Shown: positions 56,901-64,000 of the stretch, one piece after another
Numbering within the stretch: the stretch's first letter is position 1
How the letters are laid out: the number at the start of each line of letters is the position of its first letter
Source: Octopus sinensis
Lineage: Eukaryota
Direction of reading: 5' to 3'
Length of the DNA: 64,000 nucleotides
NCBI RefSeq assembly: GCF_006345805.1
Contig: NC_043003.1
Location: 19,344,001-19,408,000, forward strand
Position numbers and translations under genes: made by a program
The notes under the pieces: model-generated
Seen by the model: the letters and a program-made list of their open reading frames with translations, nothing else
The model's database searches: none
Told to the model about the DNA's origin: nothing

Positions 56901-58998
56901 GTAGCAACTACATCTGGGAAATCTCAACCCTCAGTGCCTTCACTTATTTCAGTTAAAAAGCCTTTAGTGACACAATCTCAAATATGTAATTTGAGTCCAT
57001 CCTTATCATCAAAGTTACCCATTAAACAACCGATATGGAATCCTCCTGGTAAGTCTCCAGTTTTATTCTATGTAATTTAATGAAGATCAGAGCGGCTGGC
57101 AGCATCTAATAATGGATCTAATTACAGTGGTTCCCAACTAGGGTCCGTGTGACTTTTGGGGGTCCATACGAAAGTTTTCTGTTAAAATCAATGTGCAATG
57201 AATTGATTGTACTTCTACAGCACAAATCATTGTAACTTTTTAATACAATTCTTGATATTTATTTTGTTTGCAAGATTCTTTATGTGAATTCGTGTGTTGA
57301 AGCATATTTTATTGTGTCTGGGGAGAGTCGTTCTCTTTTAGTACCTTGTTACTTTAACCCACTCACTGGTCTGATTTCCACTCATTTATTTACTCTTTTA
57401 CTTGTTTCACTCATTTGACTGGCCATGCTGGAGCATCGCCTTTAGTTGAGCAAATCGACCCCAGGACTTATTCTTTGTAAGCCTAGTACTTATTCTATAG
57501 GCCTCTTTTGCCAAACCGCTAAGTTATGGGGACGTAAACACACCAACATCGGTTGTCAAGCGATGTTGGGGGTAGAAACACAGACACACACACACGACGG
57601 GCTTCTTTCAGTCCAGCAAATCGACCCTATAGGGGTCCATATGTAAAAAATGGTTAAGAATTGAACCACTGGTCTAAAACAGCAAACTCATAATTGTGTG
57701 CTAAAGAAGTTCGCTTTCCACATAGTTGCCACATGAGCTTCTTACCCACACAGCCAGGTCTGCCCCTGAAGTTGCTTGACTTTCTACAAGTAGTAACGAG
57801 ATTTCTTTCAAATCCTGCCTTCCCATTTTCAAAAAGAAAAGACATTTTGGATCATAGAATCTTAGATACACTTTGTCTGGGAAAAGAAAAAGAGAGACAG
57901 GATGGTCACAGCTAGAACACTTGCTTTTAGTTCTGTTTGATCAGAGCCATTCTGGAATCTTTTCGGTTTGAACGGCAGTTTTTTCTAGCGGTGTCATATG
58001 AAATTGTCACCCATAATTATGACCCTAGTATCGATCTATTGCATTTCAATCTGTTTTAGGGTTAGGGTTAGGGGGATGGGTATTTTTTTTCTTCACAAAT
58101 GTAAATAAACCATGGCACAGAATGTTTTTTTACCTCAATAGACATCACTGATTGGTTGAAATTGCAGAAATTGAAGAAAAAAAACAACAAATATGTTACA
58201 AACTATAGAATTTTCTCAATAAAACCAAGAGAAAAAGATGTTTTATAAACACATTCTACCAGTATACGAAGTTTAAAAGTGTTTATTTATGTAAAAATTA
58301 TTTTTTAAAACTGCCATTCAAACCGAAAAGATCCCCATTCTGGAGCTAAACAACAGCAATATCATTATTATTATCATTCTATGTTTTTGTCTTCAATATT
58401 TTAAATATCTATAAAATGGCGAGCTGGCAGAATTGTTAGCATGCTGGACATAATGCTTAGCAGCATTTCATCTCTCTTTACATTCTGAGTTCAAATTCCA
58501 CTGTGGTTGACTTTGCCTTTCATCCTTTGGGGGCCAATAAAATAAGTACCAGTTGAACGCTGCGGTCAATGTAATTGACTTACCGCCTTTCCCGGCCCCG
58601 TGCCGGTGGCACGTAAAAGCACCCACTACACTCTTGAAGTGGTTGGCGTTAGGAAGGGCATCCAGCAGTAGAAACTCTGCCAGATCAGATTGGAGACTGG
58701 TGCGGCCATCTGGTTCACCAGTCCTCAGTCAAATTGTCCAACCCATGCTAGCATGGAAAGCGGACGTTAAACGATGATGATGATGATGATGTGCCAAAAT
58801 GTGAGACCAATATTTAAAAATATTCATTTGTATTTTATTGTATTTTCTAATGTTTTCATTTTATTGAATCTTTCAGGTAAAGCCACTAGCAGCACTTCCT
58901 CTCTGAAAGTCACCTCTCCGTCTGGTGGAATCCGTATTGGTCTTTCTCGTAACCAAAAAGTAAAATCCCTACATCCAACAGTGAAAGCACAGCATTGA
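43705..58998 (+). CDS. RAD51AP1: RAD51-associated protein 1 family (RAD51AP1/NUCKS-like), 8 coding exons, 1215 nt, 404 aa
   Basis: join of 43705-43727, 45850-45899, 46893-47013, 47976-48265, 53112-53312, 55218-55343, 56767-57048, 58877-58998. All GT-AG, phases 2,1,2,1,1,1,1. Matches recalled RAD51AP1 blocks: RKNISY..EDSGDEDF (human HKKPVNY..SDSDDDF), LDDKLFERELKLAMEMSMQE (human LDDKLYQRDLEVALALSVKE), PIWNPP (PKWVPP), IRIGLSRNQKVKSLHP (LRLGLSRLARVKPLHP). Confidence 0.9.
44577..44832. mobile_element. hAT-Charlie-type MITE with perfect 8-bp TSD
   Basis: TIRs TAGGGGTTCTCAAC / GTTGAGAACCACTG; TSD CTCTAGAC at 44569-44576 and 44833-44840 (NTCTAGAN target). Confidence 0.9.
45850..45899 (+). CDS. RAD51AP1: RAD51AP1 coding exon 2: (R)KNISYASAFGNEDSGD(E)
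   Basis: Acceptor TTTTTGAAG, donor GTAAGC, 50 nt. Confidence 0.88.
46893..47013 (+). CDS. RAD51AP1: RAD51AP1 coding exon 3: (E)DFRQTKAPPSKRSKPTAEEKSKKSNSQSSSSGEGKSKQK(R)
   Basis: Acceptor TATTTTCCAG, donor GTTTGT, 121 nt. Confidence 0.9.
47976..48265 (+). CDS. RAD51AP1: RAD51AP1 coding exon 4: (R)KKLDDKLFERELKLAMEMSMQE...KQSAMP(S)
   Basis: Acceptor AATCTTAG, donor GTAAGT, 290 nt; contains the conserved LDDKL block. Confidence 0.92.
48337..51854 (+). mobile_element. RTE-clade LINE, near full-length ORF (APE + RT), 5'-truncated, several frameshifts, long 3' UTR with (GAT)n tail; in RAD51AP1 intron 4, sense strand
   Basis: APE motifs SAYAPQ, GDFNGHVG, IDYIL, QHRLV. RT motifs YRGIKLL, FVDMEKAFDRVP, GVHQGSVLSPLLF, (YA)DDLAL, FRYLG. 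C-terminus GRGRPRKTW (stop 51245). Frameshifts near 49548, 49645, 50265, 50295 and a stop at 50061. Tentative TSD ATATGTGT in low-complexity flanks. Confidence 0.96.
52686..52840. repeat. ~155-bp palindrome / MITE
   Basis: GCAGTCAAAACTTGACTCTAAAACCACAT / ATGTGGTTTTTTAGAGTCAAGTTTTGACTGC core with matching outer arms. Confidence 0.9.
53112..53312 (+). CDS. RAD51AP1: RAD51AP1 coding exon 5: (S)LPRAPAMRGPSDEIEYLGTVTDEEE...DFQEEEEED(E)
   Basis: Long pyrimidine tract + CTGCAG, donor GTAAAT, 201 nt. Confidence 0.9.
53520..54140. repeat. Inverted duplication: 215-bp arms (53520-53734, 53926-54140) around a ~190-bp spacer
   Basis: Arms are a scrambled SINE composite and are reverse-complementary with only a handful of mismatches. 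Confidence 0.95.
55218..55343 (+). CDS. RAD51AP1: RAD51AP1 coding exon 6: (E)SDEEFEEDCDYGKKSTKRNKKTAKNTKTKKDINSVNKKSTT(A)
   Basis: Acceptor CCTCTCCAG, donor GTATGA, 126 nt. Confidence 0.9.
56767..57048 (+). CDS. RAD51AP1: RAD51AP1 coding exon 7: (A)KRKQTVNKSP...KQPIWNPP(G)
   Basis: Acceptor TCTGTTTCAG, donor GTAAGT, 282 nt. Confidence 0.9.
57955..58334. mobile_element. hAT-type MITE with 8-bp TSD containing a short (TTAGGG)n run
   Basis: TIRs G(A/G)ATCTTTTCGGTTTGAACGGCAG / CTGCCATTCAAACCGAAAAGATCC; TSD CCATTCTG (57947-57954, 58335-58342). Partial relatives at ~34465-34665, 38226-38400, 38930-39179. Confidence 0.88.
58877..58998 (+). CDS. RAD51AP1: RAD51AP1 coding exon 8 (last): (G)KATSSTSSLKVTSPSGGIRIGLSRNQKVKSLHPTVKAQH*
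   Basis: Acceptor TCTTTCAG, 122 nt to TGA; conserved RAD51-binding C-terminal motif. Confidence 0.93.
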
Positions 58999-60087
58999 TG
59001 GAATATGTACACACATACACATGTGTGTGTGAATATATACATACATACATATGTACGTATGTACATATGTATGTGTTTGTGTGTACATACGTACTTCCAC
59101 TATATTGCAGTTCAGTGAGAAGTTTTCTTTGTTGATTATTCAACAGAGCTGTTTATATTTTGTAAATATACAGTAATATATTGTTATATAATGACGTGTT
59201 TTGTTCATTTTTTTTCTTCTTAAATGTTATAATTCCCCATCTTGCCTCCTTTAAGTATTGCAGAATAGATATAACTCACATGCACATATAAACGTCTACG
59301 CTAATTATTTATTAAGGTACTGAATCCTGTGATCTTAAGTTCAAACCTTACTACTGCAGCCAAACCATTGCGTTTGTGTGCGTGCGTGCGTGAGTGAGTG
59401 AGTGTGTGTTACTGTGTGTTTGTGTGTGTGTATGTGAGAGAGGGAAAAAAAAAACCTCATCTCCATCAAGGTACATAACTCTGCTTGTTCCAGTTTGCCT
59501 GGGTGACGTGAAAAACGATACTGTTGAATGGCCGCAGGAAACAATTGCTTCAATGAAAGCCATCTCCTTCACTTCCCACTACCCACTCATATAAAAATGG
59601 CTGTAAAACATCAAAAACTTATTGATTGGCAAAATTGCTGGAGCTTTGGACACAATGCCCTGTGATATATGCTGAGGCTCTATGTTCTGTGTTCAAATCC
59701 CATCAGAGTCAATTTTTACCTTTCATCCTTTCAGGGTCGATAAAATACTGTATTTTAACGTGTATACGGAACCCCCTAGGTTTGGGGGCTTAAAATTTGG
59801 ACAAAAGGTTTTGTAAGGGATTATAATACTGTGCATATCTAAGAAACTCCCATATTTTTTTAACCTAATTTTTGACAGAAAAGGGTTCCTTATACACATT
59901 AAAATATGGTAGATACCAGTCACATATTGGGGTTAATGGTATTGCCTAACCCACTCACCTAAAAATTGTTGGTCTTATAAGACTTCTATCATCTCACTGA
60001 CTTGATATGAAGTAATCAACCTTATTTTAGAAAATTACTATTTTTAAATCTCACAACGTGAGATATTCAGCAACAGTACTTTGTCAT

Positions 60088-60315
60088 AAAGATTGTTTGC
60101 CAACATAACATGGCAGTCCTGATTTAGGACTAATGTTACTGTAATTTAGCCCCAGGAGGCATCGTCTCCAACTGGCCATACAACATGATCTGTGTCCATA
60201 TGTAAAGACAAAGATCGTGTTGTATAGCCAACTAGAGACGCTGTCTCCTGGGGCTAAATTACAGTAACATTAGTCCTAAACCAGGACTGCCATGTTATGT
60301 TGGCAAACAATCTTT
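60088..60315. repeat. ~228-bp imperfect palindrome
   Basis: AAAGATTGTTTGCCAACATAACATGGCAGTCCTG... / ...CAGGACTGCCATGTTATGTTGGCAAACAATCTTT. A diverged single arm lies at ~20455-20560. Confidence 0.92.
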
Positions 60316-61378
60316 TCTACAACCTTATTTTGTTTTTGTATTTGGTTTTGCAAGATTCTTGATGTGGAATCATGTCATCATCATTATCATCATCATTGTT
60401 AGCATTTAACTGAAACAACATGAAATAAAGTATTTTGTTCAAGAACACAACACAGAACCCAGTCTGGGGATTGAACTCACTACCTCATGATTGTTAGCCT
60501 GATGCTCCAATCACTGAACCATTTACTTAGTTACTTTAGAGACCAAAGAAGTTTTGAATGAAAAAGAAGGTTTATTGGTCAGTTTAATGTTGTTGATGAG
60601 GTCAGTGGCCATAATACATAGCTTGTCAATAAAATTAGTCATATGTTTATACACATAAAACATGTAGTCTAGCTTTCTGTTGTTTGAGATTACCCCACTG
60701 TTGTTTTCTAACCTCAATTCCTGTTTTGCATTGACAAGTAGCAGATGTTCTGTAAAAAAAAAACCATCTAAAATCTGTCAGTTGTTTGTAATCGTGTATG
60801 GTCATCAGCTCATCAGAGCTAGTTCACTTCTTTCCATGATGCCAAGGTAGAGTAGCTGTAAAGCTTCTTATTTAAATGCAAATGTGTGACTGTTCAACAT
60901 ATTTACTTGATGGCACAAGGTTGATGACCTGACAATAATGATTACTGGACTATCAATATTTGATTAGAAAATGGAAGTGAACTAGCAGAATCATTAGCAC
61001 ACCAAAGGTGGCGAGCTGGCAGAAACGTTAGCATGCCAGGTGAAATGCTTTGCGGTATTTCATCTGCCACTATGTTCTGAGTTCAAATTCTGCTGAGGTC
61101 AACTTTGCCTTTCATCCTTTCGGGGTCGATAAATTAAGTACCAGTTACACACTGGCATCGATGTAATTGACTTAATCCCTTTGTCTGTTCTTGTTTGTCC
61201 CCTCTATGTTTAGCCCCTTGTGGCCAATAAAGAAATAAAAATCATTAGCACACCAGAAAACTGCTTAGCAGTATGTGTTTTAGCTGTAACATTCTGAGTT
61301 CAAATTCTGCTGAAGCTGACTTTGCTGCTTATCCTTTTGGGACTGATAAAATAAATACCAGTTGAGCACTGGGGGCTA

Positions 61379-63128
61379 TGTCATTGATTAGCTTCTTCCC
61401 CACAAATTTCAAGCCTTGTGCCTGTAGCAGAAAAAAATATTAGAAATAAATTAATTTGTTGAGTTACATCATCATCATCGTTTAACGTCCGTTTTCCGTG
61501 CTAGCACGGGTTGGACGGTTCGACCAGGGTCTGGGGAGCCAGGAGGCTGCACCAGGCTCCAGTCTGATCTGACAGTGTTTCTACAGCTGGATGCCCTTCC
61601 TAACGCCAAACACTGTGAGTGTAGTGGGTGCTTTTTACGTGCCAGTCATCGGCCACGTTCAGATATCCAACTGTATTTAGTCTCACTGAAGAGCTTCCTT
61701 TTGAAACTACTAATTCTCCTGTATTTACAGCTCACCAGAGCTTGTTTATCTCTCCATCTTCAACCCTTTTGATACTGGCCCCCTGGATTCAGTGATGCAA
61801 ATTCCCTGCTGCAAAGTGATCTGAATTAAAACTTCCCTTCAAAATTTCGTATTAATTTATATTCCAAACATCAACTTAATAATAATGAAAAAGTTATTTT
61901 TATGAATTCTTTATTATTTTCAAAATTCACTGAAACAAAGGTAATGTGTTTTCACAGAAATACAGTAACAAAAGCATAAAATACAATTTACTTGTATGTT
62001 ATTTTTGTTCAGTTAGGCACAGGCATGTGGAGGCGCAATGGCCCACTGGTTAGGGCAGTGGACTCGTGGTTTCGATTCCCAGACCAGGTGTTGTGTGTGT
62101 TTATTGAGTGAAAACACCTAAAAGCTCCACAAGGCTCCGGAGAAGGTGGGGGTGTGGGGGTGGCGACTTCTGTTGTACTCTTTCGCCACAACTTTCTCTC
62201 ACTCTCTCTTCCTGTTTCTTGAGTAATGTTGCAATGGACTGGCATCCCTTCCAGCTGGGGGGAACACATACGCCACAGAAACTGGGAAACCAGGCCCATG
62301 AGCCTGGCTAGGCTTGAAAAGGGCAACGTTTATCGTTAGGCGCAGGCATGGCTGTGTGGTAAGCAGCTTGCTTACCAACCACATGGCTCAAGGTTCAGTC
62401 CTGTTTGGGCAAGTGTCTTCTACTATAGCCTCGGGCCGACCAAAGCCTTGTGAGTAGATTTGGTAGATGGAAACTGAAGGAAGACAATCATGTATATGTG
62501 TGTCTGTGTTTGTTCCACCCACCAACACTTGACAACCAATGTTCGTGTGTTTACATCCCTGTAACCTAGCGGTTTGGCCAAAGGAACTGCTAAATTACAA
62601 GAACGTAAACGCACCACCAATCGGTTGTCAAGCAATGTTGGGGGGACAAACACAGACACACACATACATATATATGATGGACTTCTTTCAGTTTCCGTCT
62701 ACCAAATCCACTCACAAGGCTTTGTGTCATTGACTAGCTTCTTCCCCACAAATTTCAAGCAGAAAAAAATATTAGAAATAAATTAACATGTTGAGTTACA
62801 TCCAACTGTATTTAGTCTCACTTTGAAATTAGGTCCCTGAAGAGCTTCCTTTTGAAACTACTAATTCCCCTGTATTTACAGCTCACCAGAGCTTGTTTAT
62901 CTCTCCATCTTCAACCCTTTTGATACTGGCCCTCTGGATTCAGTGACGCAAATTCCCTGCTGCAAAGTGATCTGAATTAAAACTTCCCATCAAAATTTCG
63001 TGTTAATTTATATTCCAAACATCAACTTAATAATAATGACAAAGTTATTTTTATGAATTCTTTATTATTTTCAAAATTTACTGAAACAAAGGTAATGTGT
63101 TTCCACAGAAATACAGTAACAAAAGCAT
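61379..63128 (+). repeat. Local direct duplication of ~400 bp (61379-61977 with an insertion; 62725-63128 without)
   Basis: Shared text TGTCATTGA.TAGCTTCTTCCCCAC ... CAGTAACAAAAGCAT in both copies. Confidence 0.92.
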
Positions 63129-64000
63129 CATCATCATCGTTTAACGTCCGATTTCCGTGCTAGCTGGGGCTATAGTAGAAGACACTTGCCCACGGTGCGA
63201 CGTAGTGGGACTGAACCCGGAACCATGTGGTTGGTAAGCAAGCTACTTACCACTCATAATAATAATAAAAAGCATGGAGACATTTGAGATAATCAATTAT
63301 AAGGTAAAGTGTTGAGTTTTTAAGTAAGTAAGCTGTTGAGAGAAGGGATTCCAAAATTTCAGGTAAATTAGTTCTTTTGGGTGAGAGAAAGTTTTTCTGT
63401 CTTTGGTCAATGAAAGCAAAGACAGTAGAGAATGATTAGTTGTCGTACATATGCTGAAAGGAAAGAGAGAATTTGGGAATTTGGGATAGGAAGCTTAGAA
63501 ATGGACAGTGAATAAGAATTGGAACAAAGTAGTTAGAATTATAAAACAATGATGGAGAAAGTATATTGGTCAGTTTAAGGTAGGGATGATTGTTTTGTTA
63601 GGAGTGGCTGTGTGGTAAATAGCTTTCTTACAAACCACATGGTTCTGGGCTCAGTCCCACTGCGTGGCACCTTGGGCAAGTGTCTTCTACTATAGCCTCA
63701 GGCTGACCAAAGCCTTGTGAGTGGATTTGGTAGATGGAAACTGAGAGAAGCCCGTTGTATATATGTTTGTGTGTGTCTGTGTTTGTCCCCCAGCATTGCT
63801 TGACAACTGATGCTAGTGTGCTTACGTCCCTGTAACATAGCAGTTCGGCAAAAGAGAACCGATAGAATAAGTACTAGGCTGACAAAGAATAAGTCCTGGG
63901 GTCAATTTGCTCGACTAAAAGCAGTGCTCCAGCATGGCCACAGTCAAATGACTGAAACAAGTAAAAGAGTATTCAGGTCAATGACCACAACAGACAGCTT

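Noticed and set aside
58871-58882. CAG|GTAAAG at the last RAD51AP1 acceptor resembling a recursive splice site
   Set aside because: Explained by a split Gly codon followed by Lys; introns are short and no downstream alternative terminal exon was found.

Overview
AT-rich, microsatellite- and transposon-dense eukaryotic genomic DNA. It is most likely an octopus/coleoid cephalopod, judged from the tRNA-derived SINE families and (TA)n/(GAT)n/(TAA)n load; this is recognition, not a database result. Two spliced host genes lie head-to-head. ZCCHC17/pNO40 is on the minus strand (8 coding exons, 37985->15471, 252 aa, S1 domain + CCHC knuckle + basic tail). A RAD51AP1-family gene is on the plus strand (8 coding exons, 43705->58998, 404 aa). 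Both models were built by hand; all introns are GT-AG and all phases are consistent. The rest is nested mobile DNA: mariner, hAT, Helitrons, several MITEs, a solo LTR, LINEs of four clades (Tx1/L1, CR1, R4/Dong, RTE) and many SINEs. The most notable non-obvious signals are: (i) five minimal hammerhead-ribozyme motifs from three or four Penelope/retrozyme-like repeat families, including an inverted pair about 600 bp upstream of RAD51AP1; (ii) a Tx1-clade LINE 3' end sharing its tail with an abundant SINE; (iii) an open frame running from RAD51AP1 exon 4 into a LINE endonuclease; (iv) several long near-perfect inverted repeats in and around both genes; (v) a tRNA-Glu remnant abutting an RTE tail. 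No prokaryotic genes or CRISPR arrays were found.
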